DNA of 64,000 bases from Mobula hypostoma (GCF_963921235.1 NC_086097.1:126606001-126670000); one strand, 5' to 3'; positions 1-14,095 are shown, numbered from the stretch's first letter. The notes: generated by a model not told the origin, from the letters alone. Program-made: numbers and translations.

Positions 1-410
1 CCCTGCCCAGCATATAAAGACTTCCCTTCATAAAAAGAAACACCTTAATCAGCAATTTATGGTCCCTTTTGCAGATAGGCTGGGAAATACCTTCAGTAGA
101 ATGCATAAATGCCACTTAATCCTGCAGACTTAAATGACAATTACCTGTAGAGTTTCTCTTTCAAGATTAATCAATGTCGTTTTAATTTACACAAGTGTAA
201 AGAAGAACAAAATAATTGTTACTCTGGATCCGATGCACAAAAAACACAATAAAATAAAGAATATAAGAATAAAAAAACACAGTAACTATAAATATGTAAG
301 ATAGCTTACATAAGCAGCAGAACACCCTTTCCAACAGGCTCACTCAGCTCCACCGTCACAAGGATTTTTACAAAAAATCTTTCCTACCAAATGCAGTAAG
401 CATATACAAC

Positions 411-977
411 AACATACATCAAAGTTGCTGGTGAACGCAGCAGGCCAAGCAGCATCTATAGGAAGAGGCGCAGTCGACGTTTCAGGCCGAGACCCTTCGT
501 CAGGACTAACTGAAGGAAGAGTGAGTAAGGGATTTGAAAGCTGGAGGGGGAGGGGGAGATCCAAAATGATAGGAGAAGACAGGAGGGGGAGGGATGGAGC
601 CGAGAGCTGGACAGGTGATAGGCAAAAGGGGATACGAGAGGATCATGGGACAGGAGGTCCGGGAAGAAAGACGGGGGGGGGGTGACCCAGAGGATGGGCA
701 AGAGGTATATTCAGAGGGACAGAGGGAGAAAAAGGAGAGTGAGAGAAAGAATGTGTGCATAAAAATGAGTAACAGCTGGGGTACGAGGGGGAGGTGGGGC
801 CTAGCGGAAGTTAGAGAAGTCAATGTTCATGCCATCAGGTTGGAGGCTACCCAGACGGAATATAAGGTGTTGTTCCTCCAACCTGAGTGTGGCTTCATCT
901 TTACAGTAGAGGAGGCCATGGATAGACATGTCAGAATGGGAATGGGATGTGGAATTAAAATGTGTGGCCACTGGGAG
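411..977 (-). mobile_element. Young 5'-truncated Penelope-like element (GIY-YIG C-terminus, 3' region and hammerhead)
   Basis: The minus ORF 801-1016 contains HFNSTSHSHSDMSIHGLLYCKDEATLRLEEQHLIFRLGSLQPDGMNIDF, a PLE endonuclease C-terminus. Flanking direct repeat ATACAACA at 404-411 and 978-985. Near-identical to the copy starting at 27204. Confidence 0.85.
472..507 (-). ncRNA. Minimal type I hammerhead ribozyme motif (PLE-associated)
   Basis: The minus strand reads AGUC-CUGACGA-AGGGUCUCGGCCU-GAAAC-GUC-GACU: stem I AGUC/GACU, core CUGANGA/GAAA, a stem II hairpin, palindromic ACGU stem III and a GUC cleavage triplet. Confidence 0.85.
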
Positions 978-1799
978 ATACAACAGTTCATCTCTGTGTG
1001 ACAGAACATACATCACAGTACAATAGTCTCTGTTTTATTATTTTGTACATTATTATTGCACATTGGTAAATTATTATTGTGTATATTATTATTCTGCACA
1101 TTATTATTAGTTAAATCTGCACACTGCTAAGTGTGTTTTTAAATGTTGCTTGTTGTAACAAAAGAATTTCCTGCTTGGGATCAGTGAAGTATTTATTATT
1201 ATCATACATTGATTGATTGTACATAAAGTGACACTAAGCACAGGAATGTCTGAACATAAGATGACTGACAGGAAATGATAAAGTAGTAGTGGTGATTTTT
1301 TTGTTTGCCTTCTTAAAGTATTTTAGTGCAATCATATTGTTGCACTGCAGCCTCTTTAACAATACACCTTGTTTTTCTGAGCTTCAGAACAGAGAGCAAA
1401 CCCTAGAGGGAGACAAGGAATTTCTCTCCCACTTCATTGCTGTGTTTTGTCTGGCTGTTATTCCTGGAAAGTTTCCTCCAGAAAAACACCTTTGGCCATA
1501 AGTCCACAAGACCCCATGGTCAGCATGGAGCTTGCTGCAGGAGAAGGATGGTAGGTGGCTGATGCAGCACCCTGGAAGCACATGACCACAGCCGACTCTG
1601 AGTCCGTCCAAAAACTTCAAGCCTCCGACCACCCCTCCGACACCAAGCACCGTATCTGCCGAGCGCTTTGACCCCCGGCCCCGGCCGCCAAGCAACAGGC
1701 AAAGCCGAGGATTCGGGGCCTTCCCCTCCAGAGATTCTGGATCGCACAATTGCAGCGGCAGTGAAAAAGGCATTTCAGAAGTTTTTGAGTTCTATCCCC

Positions 1800-2740
1800 C
1801 TGCAACTCTAGTTTAACTCGTCCTCCCTACCCTGGAGCAGCTCTAGCAGAGCTTCCTGCAAGAATATTAGTCCCCCTCCAATCCAAGTGCAACCCGTCCC
1901 ATCTGTACAGGTCCTACCCTCCCTGAAGGAGAGCCCAATGATCCAAAAACCTGAAGCCCTCCCTCTTGCATCATTTTCTTAACTACGTATTAAACTGTAT
2001 TAGTTTCTTATTTCTAGTTCACTGGTGGCAATCCTGGAGGTCCTGACCTTTAACTTAGCACTTAACTCCCTGAACTCACTCTGCAGGAGCATGTCACCCT
2101 TCCTGTCTATGTTATTGGCACCAAGGTGGACCACGGCCTCTGGCTGCTTCCTCTCCCCCTTAAGAATGCTATGGACTCTATCTCAGATATTCCTGACCTG
2201 GCACCTAGGAGGCAACATACCATTTGGGAATCTCATTCTTGTCCACCAAGCCTTCTCTCTGATTCCCTAACGAATGAATCCTCTGTTACCACTGCACTCC
2301 TCTTCTCCCATTTCTGTCTGCATCATAGAACCAGATATAGTGCCACAGACCTGACTGCTGTGGCTTTCCTGTGCTAGGCTGTCTCTTCGATAATACCCAA
2401 AGCGATATACTTGTTTATTGCAGGGAACAGCCAGAGGGAAACCCTGCACTGGCTGCCTATCCCCTTTCTCTCTCCTGATGGTCACCTGTGTCTTGCGCCT
2501 CATCATTCTGCTATCCTTCCTGGCATTCCCACTGCTCTAATTGCACGATAAGATGGACAGAAAGAAAGAAAGAAAGAGAGAGAGAAACCAGAATATCACC
2601 TTATCCTCTGCCTCTCCTTGCTGAAGCCACTTAAGCCAAAGTCTCAAACTCTCCACTCTAATACTGACCACTCCCACAATGGCTGCTCCCAAAATGTCCA
2701 CTCAGTTTAAACCTAACTTATTTTTATTGGGCTTTGCTAA
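1800..2740 (-). mobile_element. Decayed CR1 LINE 5' part (5'UTR and ORF1 esterase-like remnant)
   Basis: Similar to the CR1 ORF1/5'UTR at 52780-53900 and 36276-36520, including the DL(Y)RxDGLHL-type segment near 1880-1920. Confidence 0.6.
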
Positions 2741-2744
2741 GTGC

Positions 2745-4420
2745 CTAATTACACAATGCTCTCAAGCCCGCCAAATGCATACTCCCTGCTTCCTCAACAC
2801 TACCTTCCCCTCCACCCATCTTTGTATCATCCACAAACTTGGCCACAAAGTAATCAGCTCCGTCATTCAGATCATTAATGTATAACATGAAAAGTAGTAG
2901 ATCCAACACTGATCCCTTTGAAACACCACTAGTCCCTCCAGTCAATCAGAAAAGGCCTCCTTTATCCTCAATCTTTGCCTCCATCCAGTCAGCTAAACTT
3001 CTGTCCTTTCTAGTATCTTTCCTGTAATACCATGGGCTCTTGTTCAGCAGACTCATGTATGGCACCTTGTCAAAAGCCTTCTGAAAATCCAAGCAAACAA
3101 CATCCACTGATTCTCCTTTGTGTATCCAACCCTTTATTTCCTCAAAGATTTCCAACAGATTTGTTAGGCAAGATTTCCCCTTTAGAAAACAATGTTGACT
3201 TCAGCCTATTTTATTGTGTGCCTCCAAATACCACAATACCTCATCATTAATAATGGGCTCTAACATCTTGCCAACAACTGAGCTCAGGGTAACTGGCTTA
3301 TAATTTCCTGTCTTTTGCTTCTTTCCCTTCTTAAAGAGTGGAGTGACATTTGCAATTTTCCAGTCCTCTGGAACCACTCCAAAATCTAGTGATTCTTAAA
3401 TGCTCACTACTAATGCAATCTCTCCAGCTTCCACTTTCAAAAGCCTGGAGTGCAATCCAACTGGTCCAGGTAACTAAGTCACTTACAGATTTCTCAGCTT
3501 CCCAGGCACCTTCTCCTTATAATAACTACTACACTCATTCACTTCTGCCCCCTGATACTCTCAAATTTCTGACATGCTGCTGGTGTCCTCCACAGCGGAC
3601 ACTGATGCAGAATACTTATTTCCTTGTTCCCGTTTACTGCCTCTCCTGCATCATCTTCCAGCAGTCCAATGCCCACTCTTGATTCACTTTTACTCTTTAT
3701 AAATGCCTTCTGTTGGGTTTTGAAAGCTTCCCAGTCCTCTAACTTCCCTCTAATTTTTGCTGTATAACATGGCCTCTCTTTTGCTCTTATGCTGTCTTTG
3801 ACTTTCCTTGTCAGCCTTTATTGCTTCATCCTCCCTTTAGAATACTACTTCATCTTTGAGATAAACTGATCCTGCACCTTTCAAATTGCCCCCAGAATCT
3901 CCAAACTTTGCTGCCCTAAGTCATCCCTTCTAGTTACCACTTCCAATCAACTTTGGACAGCTTCTCTCTCATGCTTCTGTAATGCACACTACAGTACTGT
4001 GATACTGATACTGACTTTATCTTCTCCCCCTCAGACTGCAGGGTGAACTCTATCATATTATGATCACTGCCTCCTAACGGTTGCTTTACCTGAAGCTCGC
4101 TAATCAAATCTGTTTCATTACACAATACCCAATTCAGAAATGACTTTACCTGAGCTGGCTCGACCACTAGGTGCTCTAAAGGCCATAGCCTAGGCATTCT
4201 ACAAATTCCTTCTCTTGGGACCCAGCAACAACCGAATTTTCCTAATCTACCTGCATACTGAAATCCTCCATGACCATCATAACACTGCCCTTTTCACATG
4301 CCTTTTCCATTTCCCATTGTAATTTGTAGCCGTCCTCCTGGCTACTGTTCCAATGTTGCATTTAACTCCCACCACGGTCTTTTTCCCTTGCAGTTTCTTA
4401 ATTCTATGCACAAGGATCCC
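2745..4420 (-). mobile_element. Decayed CR1 LINE ORF2 fragment (EN-RT)
   Basis: Minus ORF pieces with PLGGSDHNMIEF, VCLDFQKAFDKVP and GSVLDLLLFMLYINDL...KFVDDTK. Many frameshifts. Confidence 0.85.
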
Positions 4421-4424
4421 ACCA

Positions 4425-4826
4425 ACAAAAGGGAGCTAGGGCTTTACTCTTTGGAAAGAAGGAGGATGAGAGGAGACATGTTAGAGGTGTACAAGATAAT
4501 AAGAGGAATAGATAGAGTGGATAGCCAGAGTCTCTTCCCCAGGGCACCACTGCTCAATACAAGAGGACATGGCTTTAGGGTAAGGGGTGGGAAGTTCAAG
4601 GGGGATATTAGCGGAAGGTTTTTTACTCAGAGAGTGGTTGGTGCGTGGAATGCACTGCCTGAGTCAGTGGTGGAGGCAGATACACTAGTGAAGTTTAAGA
4701 GACTACTAGACAGGTATATGGAGGAATTTTTAGGTGGGGGTTATATGGGAGGCAGGGTTTGAGGGACGGCACAACATTGTGGGCCGAAGGGCCTGTACTG
4801 TGCTGTACTGTTCTATGTTCTATGTT
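4425..4826 (+). mobile_element. Young 5'-truncated CR1 3' end
   Basis: LGLYSLERRRMRGD...FFTQRVVGAWNALP ORF2 C-terminus followed by a (TGTTCTA)n-type tail. A same-subfamily copy lies at about 56185-56372 on the minus strand. Confidence 0.85.
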
Positions 4827-4914
4827 TAAAACCACTTGCCTGTCTTATCAATACAATGTGGATGCTGAACTCCCAGCCGTTATCTTCACTTCATTTTGTT
4901 TTATTATTATTTTA

Positions 4915-5152
4915 CTGATATACAGCATGGAATACACCTTTCCGGCCCTTCGAGACACACCTTTCGGCAATCCCCCGACTTAACCGTAGATTAATCACGG
5001 GGCAATTTACAATGACCAGTTAACCTATGAACCAGTACATCTTTGGACTTTGGGAGGAAACCCACGCCTTCCTCAGTACAAACTCCTTACAGGCAGCAGT
5101 GGAACCCGGGTCGCCTGTACTGTGATGCGTGGTGATAACCTCTACACTACCT
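4915..5152 (-). mobile_element. tRNA-derived V-SINE-like element (HE1-like)
   Basis: The minus strand has a tRNA-like head and the V-domain-like TTTCCTCCCAAAGTCCAAAGATGTAC...GGTTAACTGGTCATTGTAAATTGCCC. Confidence 0.6.
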
Positions 5153-5229
5153 TCAAACGGGACTCAGTGATGCCAACAAGGACCTGGCTGTCGATTTTTA
5201 ACTATGCTGCCCATCAGGAGTTTGTTCGT

Positions 5230-5388
5230 TAATGCCGTGACCGTGACTGCACCAGTTTCCTCCCACATTCCAAAGACGTACAGTTGGGATTGTTGGTTAA
5301 TTGGGTTTATTTGGGCAGCGTAAGCTCATTGGGCTGGAAAGACCTGTTACCGTGCTGTATCTTTGAATGAATAAATAAATAAATAAAA
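5230..5388 (+). mobile_element. V-SINE-like fragment with (AAAT)n tail
   Basis: TTTCCTCCCACATTCCAAAGACGTAC...GGTTAATTGG followed by an AATAAATAAA tail. Confidence 0.55.
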
Positions 5389-6329
5389 GATTGTCTTCCT
5401 TCTTTCCATTCAAACATAACACCTTCAGTTGTGTATTCACCGCCCTTCTTTTCAATTAAAAAGCACATGTGGTGCACATTACTAGAAGCCTACAGATAAA
5501 GGAAACAGGTTATGCCGTGCATAGTAATGAATATGTGTATGTACTGTATGTTGGACTTATAGAGTTTAAATTTATGGGAGATTGTTATATAGGGATATCT
5601 TTAAGTCAAGTAATTTTTTTACGAATGAAGTTTATTTTTGAAGTAAGAAAATGACTCTGGCAGAAACATCGGAACAAGGAATGGTGAGACTTCCTGTCTG
5701 TGAGTTAGGCGAATGTACCACAACTCCCTGCCCTGTCCAGTGGTCACTTGTACAACAGCTGTGTCGGGTAAGCATTCCACTGTTGTTTACTCTGTGCCAT
5801 TTTAGGTCTTCAGTTTCTTCTGAACTTTGGTCTGTAAGTTCTTTAACAGGATTATCAATTAACTGTTTCCGCCCATGTACTGTGTGGGATATGGATTACC
5901 CAATGCTTTCTCAATACAGCAGCCACTATCTGTAGAAAACGAAAGCAGATCTAAGGTTTCAGATGATTAAACATGTCTTAACTAAAAAAGATGCAACAGG
6001 ATTTAACCAAATGAAAAGACACGGAAGAAGAAAAAGGGGGCAGAAATTAAATCAACTACAACATTTTTTCTTTACTCTCTTAGTCTTCTTCATGTAAATT
6101 GTAAATTCTCAATTGTAACACTGTGGTATACCTGCAGCAGCTTGTAAAGTTGGATGTTATTGTCCTGCTTTGTGAATGGTCAAAGTTCATTGAATTCACA
6201 GCAGTGACGTCAATCCTTGTGCAATGCTTATGCCTATCCTTTCAGAACTGTCTATACATTACTAAACATGGGCAGATCATCCAGAAAGTCTGGTCTGAAC
6301 AGCAGAGAGAAAGTCTGTGTTCACACACT

Positions 6330-7312
6330 CACCCCGTTCCTGGCGCCTATCCCTGGAGGCAGCTAAAATGCTACACCTACTCATTCACCTCCTCCCTCTC
6401 TTCCATTCAGAGCCCCAAACAGTCCTACCAGGTGAGGAAACACTTCACCTGCGAATCTGCGGGGATCGTCTATTGTGACTGGTGCTCCCGATGCGTCCTC
6501 TTCAACATTGGCGTTGTTCGTTGTTCCTTTTTGCACCTTGTGTGTATCAGGTGGCATTTTTGCCATTTTTGTAGCATTTGTTTTTATGAGGCCGAGTTGC
6601 TACCTCAACGCTCAGCCAAGCACAGATGGAAAGCATTCAAGGAGCCAGCCGGATTCAAACTCTTGACTATTCGCCTCGAAGTCCAGTGCTGATGGCTCTA
6701 CACCACTGGCTGGCACTACATTGATGAGATCCGTTGTAAATTGGGGGATCGCTTCATTGAGCACCTCCATTCCATCCTCCAAAAGTGGAACTTCCCGGTG
6801 GCCAAACATTTCAATTTCCATTTCCGTTCCTGTTCCAACATGTCAGTCCATGGCTTCCTCTTGTGCTAAGATGAGGCCACCCTCAGGGTGGAGGAGCATC
6901 ACCTTATATTCCATCTGGGTCGCCTCCAACCTGATGGTTTGGATATTGATTTTCTCCTTTTGGTAAAAAAAATATCCCTCCCCCTCCCTTCTTCTTCTAT
7001 CCTCCACTCTGGCCTCTTACCTCTTCTCTCCTGCCTATCCCCTCCTCCTGGATCCCCCTCCTCCTTCCCTTTTTCCTATGGTACATTCTCCTCTCCTATT
7101 AGATTCCTTCCCCTCCAGCCCTTTACCTTTCCTACCTATCTGGCTTCACCTACCACCTTGCAGCTATCCTCCTTCCCCTCCCCCCACCTTTCTAACCTGG
7201 CGACTTCCCCCTCCCTTTCCAGACCTGAAGAAGGTTCTTGACCATTTATTCATTTTCATAGCTGCTGCCTAACTTGCTGAGTTCCTCCAGCATTTTGTGT
7301 GTGTTGCCTTGG
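6330..7312 (+). mobile_element. Older PLE 3' part (GIY-YIG remnant and pyrimidine-rich 3' region), interrupted by a SINE
   Basis: Translated remnants HFTCESAGIVYCxWCSRC and EEHHLIFHLGRLQPDG. Truncated hammerhead CCTGAAGAAGG near 7224. Confidence 0.75.
6511..6714 (-). mobile_element. tRNA-derived SINE inserted into a PLE
   Basis: Minus-strand head GCCAGCCAGTGGTGTAGAG...GAGTTTGAATCC (A- and B-box-like). Flanking ACATTG repeats at 6505-6510 and 6718-6723. Confidence 0.6.
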
Positions 7313-7699
7313 TGTTCTGTAAAGCAGTTTCCCAACCTGCATCAGTTTTCTCCAATGCAGTGCAGAGCACGTTGTTAGAACGGAAGAAGCAAGGGTGCAA
7401 CGTGGTTTCCCCTGTTTGTGTCCCCGGAAAGTGAGACGAGGCGAAAGGACAGGAGTTGCAATGCCTGCAGCAGCAATAGAAAGTGCCGGAAGTGACCTTG
7501 TTAATGAGAATAGATTAGTGGATTTAGGGGTCATGAAAGGAGGAGAGAGGAAGGTGATTCTGATGGAAGAATCTTTTTGAAGGTGAAAGCAATTGCCGAG
7601 AATGTTCTATTGTATGTAGAGGCTGGTGGGTGGAAAGTGAGGACCAGGGGATCTTCATTTGCAGGAAGGACAGCAGAGCAGCAATGGCTGGAGTTTCTG

Positions 7700-9795
7700 T
7701 GAAAAATGAGGGAAGTGCAAGGCAGAAATATTTCAAATAAGAAGAAATTTTCAAAGGGAAGAAGGACACTACTGTGGCTGACCAGTGAAGTCAGAGCCAA
7801 AGTAAAAGCAAAAGAGAGGGCATACAAGGAAGCCAGAGCTAGTGGGAAGATAGAGGATTGGGGAGATTTTAAAAACTTGCAGAAGGAAACTAAGAAGGTA
7901 ATTCGGAAGGAAAAGATGAATTATGAGAGGAAGCTGGTGACTAATATCAAAGAAGATGCTAAAAGCTTTTTTAAATATATAAAGGGTAAAGGAGAGTCGG
8001 GAGTAGATATAGGACCAATACAAAATGATGCTGGAGATATTGTAATGAGAGATGCAGAGATGGCAGAGGAACTGAATGCATATTTTGCATCAATCTTCAC
8101 AGTGGAAGACGTCTGCAGTATACCGGACATTCAAGAGTATCAGGGAAGTGATGTTTGTGCAGTGAAAATTACAACTGAGAAGGTACTCAGGAAGTTTAAT
8201 GGTCTGAGGGTGGATATCTCCTGGACCTGATGGAATGCATCCTCTGGTTCTGAAGGAAGTAACTGGAGAGATTGTGAAGTCATTAACAATGATCTTTCAA
8301 GAATCGATAGATTTCTGGCATTGTACCAACTAAATGGAAAATTGCAAATGTTACTCCGCTATTTAAGAAGGGTGGGAGGCAACAGAAAGGAAACTATAGA
8401 CCTGTTAGCCTGATATCAATGGTTGGGAAGTTGTTGGAATCGATTGTTAGGGATGAGATTACGGAGTACCTGGAGGCACATGACAAGATAAACTAAAGCC
8501 AGCCTGGTTTCCTGAAGGGAAAATCCTGCCTGACAAACCTACTGCAATTTTTTGAGGAAATTACAAGCAGGGTAGACAAAGGAGGTGCAGTAGATGTGAT
8601 GTACTTGGATTTTCAGAAGGCTTTTGACAAGGTGCCACACATGAGACTGTTTAGCAAGATAAGAGCCCATGGAATTACAGGGAAGTTACTAGCATGGGTG
8701 GAGCATTGGCTGGTCGGCAGAAAACAGAGAGTGGGAATAAAGGGATCCTTTATTCCACTGGCTGCCGGTTACCAGTGGAGTTCAACAGGGGTCGGTGTTG
8801 GGACTACTGCTTTTTACGATGTATGTCAATGATTTGGACTACGATATTAATGGATTTGTGGCTAAATTTGCCGATGATACAAAGATAGTTGGAGGAGCGC
8901 GTAGTGTTGAGGAAACAGAGAACCTGCAGAGAGACTTGGATAATTTAGGGGAATGGGCAAAGAAGTGGCAAATGAAATACAATGTTGGAAAGTGTATGGT
9001 CATGCACTTTGGTGGAAGAAATAAACGGGCAGACTATTATTTAGATGAGGAGAGAATTCAAAATACAGAGATGCAAAGAGACTTGGGAGTCCTTGTGCAA
9101 GATACCCTAAAGGTTAACCTCCAGGTTGAGTCAGTTGTGAAGAAGGCGAATGCAATGTTGGCATTCATTTCTAGAGGTATAGAATATAAGAGCAGGGATG
9201 TGATGTTGAGTCTCAATAAGGCACTCGTGAGACCACACTTTGAGTATTGTGTACAGTTTTGGTCTCCTTATTTTAGAAAGGATATACTGACATTGGAGAG
9301 GGTTCAGAGAAGATTCATGAGAATGATTCCAGAAATGAAAGGGTTACCGTGTGAGGAACGTCTGGCAGCTCTTGGGCTGTATTCCCTGGAGTTCAGGAGA
9401 ATGAGGGGGGATCTCATAGAAACATTCTGAATGTTAAAAGGCCTGAACAGATTAGATATGGCAAAGTTATTTCCCATGGTAGGGGATTAGGACAAGAGGG
9501 CACGACTTCAGGATTGAAGGACGTCCTTTTAGAACTGAGATGCAGAGAAATTACTTTAGTCAGAGGGTGGTAAATCTGTGGAATTTGTTTCCATGAGCGG
9601 CGGTGGAGGCCAAGTCATTGGGCATATTTAAGGTAGAGATAGATAGGTTCTTGATTAGCCAGGGCATCAAAGAGTACGGGGTGAAGACAGGGGAGTGGGG
9701 AAGACTGGAAGAATTGGATCAGCCCATGATTGAATGGCGGAGCAGACTCGATGGGCTGAATAGCCAACTTCTGCTCCTATATCTTATGGTCTTAT
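7700..9795 (+). mobile_element. CR1 LINE, 5'-truncated, ORF2 with frameshifts
   Basis: YLDFQKAFDKVPH, KFADDTK, RPHFEYCVQFW and LGLYSLEFRRMRGD motifs with a TCTTATGGTCTTA tail. It interrupts a minus-strand PLE-like remnant (about 7500-7700 and 9800-10010). Confidence 0.9.
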
Positions 9796-11514
9796 ACTTG
9801 AACTTAAGGAGAGGAGGGGAGAGATATGGATGAGATGTGGTCAAGCATTTTATTAACGATGGTAGATGGAAGCCACAGTATAGAAAGAAGCACATGTACA
9901 GAAACTCTCAACATCTGAGCAAATACATCAGAGAAAGCAAGAGATGGACTCAATTCCATTGCAGGAGGCAGAGCGAGACAAGGCGTAGCTAAGATAGCCC
10001 TGGAAGTCAGTGAACGTTTTCTTTTTTTCCCTCCTTCTCAGTTCCAAAGAAACTTCTTTGACCTGAAACATTAACTCTTTCCCTTTCCTCAAATGCAACC
10101 TAGCCTGCTGAGTGCTTCCAGTATTTTCTGCTTTTAAACATACGATTTTCAGCATCTACAGTATTTGATTTTCAGGAAAATTAGAGGTCAGATGAGCCTT
10201 CACATAAGAGCAACTGGCACATAGAGTGATCAGCAGCAGAGGGCATGGCTGTTTTCATTGGTTGTGTGGTGGAACACTCAGTAGAAACACCAGCTGCAAT
10301 GCAGCTGAAGTCAGAATGGCAACTTTCACTTAACCTGTTTTGCCATTGAAATAACTAAAATATTTACTGAAATTTGGTAATGAATCCACTACTTAAATGG
10401 AGACCTCAAAATCTGTATATAAGACACTAGCAAAAAGCATGCACGACAATCGGAGTTAGCTTTTGTTTTTTTGTGGATTTCATACAAAGAAAATTTTGGA
10501 ATTTTGGAATGGTTCTGACAATTGTGTTTTTCTTAAGATTCATCTTTAATCTATTTCAGATAAACTTTAATGGATTTCTTTGCCACAGAAATCGGGAATT
10601 GAACTATTCAATAATCCATGGTACTAAATTCTTACTGCTTCATAATCAATGACTCCACCCATCCCAGGCACTCCCTCATCTCCATCCTCCCATCAAGTAG
10701 AATATACCAAAGCTTGAAAGCACATACACCAGACTCTACCCTGCTTTTGAATGGTTCCCTAGTACACAATCCACCTTGTTATGATCTTGCACCTTACTGT
10801 CTATACACACAACAGTTTCTCTATAACTGTAACACTTTATTCTGTTACTGCTTTACTTTGTACTACCACCATGCACTGTGCAATTGACTGATCTTGTTTA
10901 ATTAGGGTCTAAATTGACACTTTTCTTGTAGTTTAATTGCCTTTATGCTTGCTTATATGGTTGTACAATTACAGCTTATAATTTTTAGTAATTTGTAGTA
11001 TAGCTGATTCTGTGCTTTTTTGTAATTCCTTTGTCTGCAACCTGTATCATGCCATAAATCTAACTGTATTATAGGCTGTTCTGATCAAGGAATTTTCTCA
11101 TCTGTTCAGTTTAACAGTATAAAATGATCACTACTTCATTGTTCCCTGTCTTTCTTTGTCTTCTTCCTTTAGTTCATACTTAGAGTAGGTTGGTTACTGT
11201 TTTTTCTTTGTTATTAACATCTAATGAAATGGCTGTACCCACAATTTTTACGACTCATTCTCGACTTACGAAGAGCCTTCTGGATGGAATCATCTGCAGA
11301 TCCAACAATCTGTAATGAACCATATGCATTAGCAAGCTTTTCACTGTATGTGAGGCTATAATAGATCAATTTCATTTCCAATCTTCAGATCCACTGAGCT
11401 GTATAATACTGACAAACAGAGTCCCAGGTCTGAAACCAGTCATTCAGGTATATTTGATTTCTACACAATTGTACACAGGGAGGAATACAGCCGACATGCA
11501 AGATCAAAGCTTTT

Positions 11515-14095
11515 GCATTATGGATAGAGTGGATAGAGCTAAGGAACTGCAAGGGTAAAAGGACCTTGATGGGAGTTGTATACTGACCCACAAACAATAG
11601 TAAGGGCGTAGTCTACAAATCACAATGGGAGATAGAAAATTCATGCCAAAAGGGCAATGTTACAATAGTCATGGGGGATTTCAATTTGCAGGAAGATTGG
11701 AAAAATCAGGTTGGTGCTGGATTCCAGGAGGGGGATTCTCTAGAGTGCCTAAGAAATGATTTTTAGAGCAGTCCGTGGTAGAGGATCAGCTATTCTGGAT
11801 TGGGTGTTGTGCAATGAGCCAGAATTGATCAGAGAGATCAAGGTAAAAGAACCATTAGGGACAAGAGATCATAATATGATTGCATTCACCCTGAAATTTG
11901 AGAAGGAGAACCTAAAGTCAGATGTGTCAGTATTACAGTGGAGTAAAGGGAATTACAGAGGCATGAGAGGGAAGTTGGCCAGAATAGATTGGAAAAGAAC
12001 ACTGGCATGGATGACAGCAGAGCAGCAATGGCAAGAATTTCTGGAAGCAATTCAGAAGGCACAGGATATACACATCCCAAAGAGGAAGAAGTATTCTAAG
12101 GGAAGGATGACATAACCATGGCTAACAAGAGAAGTCAAAGCCAACATAAAAGCCAAAGAGAGGTCATATGATAGAGCAAAAATTAGTGCGCAGCTAGAGG
12201 GTTGGGAAACTTTTAAAAACCAACAGAAAGCAACTAAAAATGTCATTAAGAGGGAATACAAAGTAAGCTAGCCAATAATATTAAAGAGGATACCAAAAGG
12301 TTCTTCAGATACATAAGGTGTAAAAGAGAAGCGAGAGTGGATATTGGACTGCTGGAAATCAATGCTGGGGAGGTAGTAATGGGGGACAACGAAATGACAG
12401 ATGAACTAAGTAAGTATTTTGCATCAGTCTTCATTGTGGAAGACACTAGCAGTGTGGTAGAAGTTCCAGGTGTCAGAGGTCATGAAATGTGTGAAGTTAC
12501 CACAAATAGAGAGAAAGTTCTTGGGAAACGGAAAGGTCTGAAGGTAGATAAGTCATCTGGGCCAGATGGTGTACACCCCAGAATTCTGAAAGAGGTGGCT
12601 AAAGATATTGTGGAGGCCATTACTAACGATATTTCAAGAATCACTAGATTCTGGATTGGTTCTGGAAGAATGGAAAATTGCAAGTGTCACTCCATTCTTC
12701 AAGAAGAGAACGAGGCAGAAGAAAGGAAACTACAGGCCATTTAGTTTGACCTCAATGGTTGGGAAGGTGTTGGTGTTGATTATTAAGGATGAAGTGTCAG
12801 GGTACTTGGGGGCACATGGTAAAGTTGGCTGTAGTCAGTGTGGTTTCGTCAAGGGAAAATCTTGCCTGACAAATCTATTGGATTCCTTTGAAGAAGTAAC
12901 AAACAGGTTAGACGAAGGAGAATCGGCTGATGTTGTGTACTTGGATTTTCAGAAGGCCTTTGACAAGGTATCACACATGAGGCTGCTTAACAAACTACCA
13001 GCCCATGGTATTATAGGGAAGATTCTAGCATGAATAAAGCAGTGGCTGATTGGCAGGAGGCAAAGTGTGGGAATAAAGGGAGCCTTTTCTGGTTGGCTGC
13101 TGGTGACTAGTGGTGTTCCACAGGGGTCTGTGTTGGGACTGATACTTTTTACGTTTTATGTCAATGATTTGGATGATGGAATTGATAGCTTTGTTGCAAA
13201 GTTTGCGTACGATATGAAGACAGGTGGAAGGGCAGGTAGTTTTGAGGAAACTGTGTGCCTTCAGAATGACTTAGACAGATTAGGAGAATGGGTAAAGTGG
13301 CAGATGGAATACAGTGTCAGGAAGGTTATTTATGGTTATACAGTTTGGTTGAAGAACTGAAAGGGTTGACTATCTTCTAAATAGAGAGAAAATACAAAAA
13401 AACTGAGGTTCAAAGGACTTGGAAGTCCATGTGCAGGATTCCTTAAAGGTTAATTTGCAGGTTGAGTCTGTGATGAAGAAAGCAAATGCAATGTTAACAT
13501 TCATTTCAAGAGGACTAAAACATAAAAGCAAGTATGTAAGGCCTCACTTACAGTATTGTGTGCAGGTTTTCTCCTCTTACTTTAGAAATGATGTGCTGAA
13601 ATTGGAGAGGATTCAAAGGAGGTTCACAAAAATGATTCCAGGTTTGAATGGTTTGTCATATGAAGAGTGTTTGATGGCTCTGGGCCTGTATTCGCTGGAA
13701 TTCAGAAGAATGAGGATGACTTCATTAAAACCTATCGAATGGTGAAAGGCCTTGATAGAGTGGATGTGGAGAGGATGTTTCCTGTAGTGGGAGAGCCTAA
13801 GACCAGAGGACACAGCCACAGAATAGAGGGGCGTCCTTTTAGAATGGAGATTAGGAGGAATTTCTTTAGCCAGAGAATGGTGAACCTATGGAATTCTTTG
13901 CCACAGGCAGCTGTGGAGACGAAGTTTTTATGTATATTTAAGGCAGAGGTTGATGGATTCTTGACTGGTCAGGGCATGAAGGGATATAGGGGGAGAAGGC
14001 AGGAGATTGGAGCTGAGAGGAAAATCAGATCAGCCATGAGTGGAGTAGACTCGATGGGCCTAATGGCCTAATTCTGTTCCTGTATCTTATGGTTG
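11515..14095 (+). mobile_element. CR1 LINE, decayed ORF2 (EN-RT) to 3' end
   Basis: ILDWVLCNEPELI, GPDGVHPRILKE, DFQKAFDKV and GVPQGSVLG motifs followed by a CR1 3'UTR. Confidence 0.9.

Noticed and set aside
425..1001. Recurrent small ORFs beginning MLVNAAGQAAS (also at 27220, 27599-28057 and 30242)
   Set aside because: They are translations of the PLE 3' noncoding repeat from non-ATG starts, repeated only because the element is repeated.
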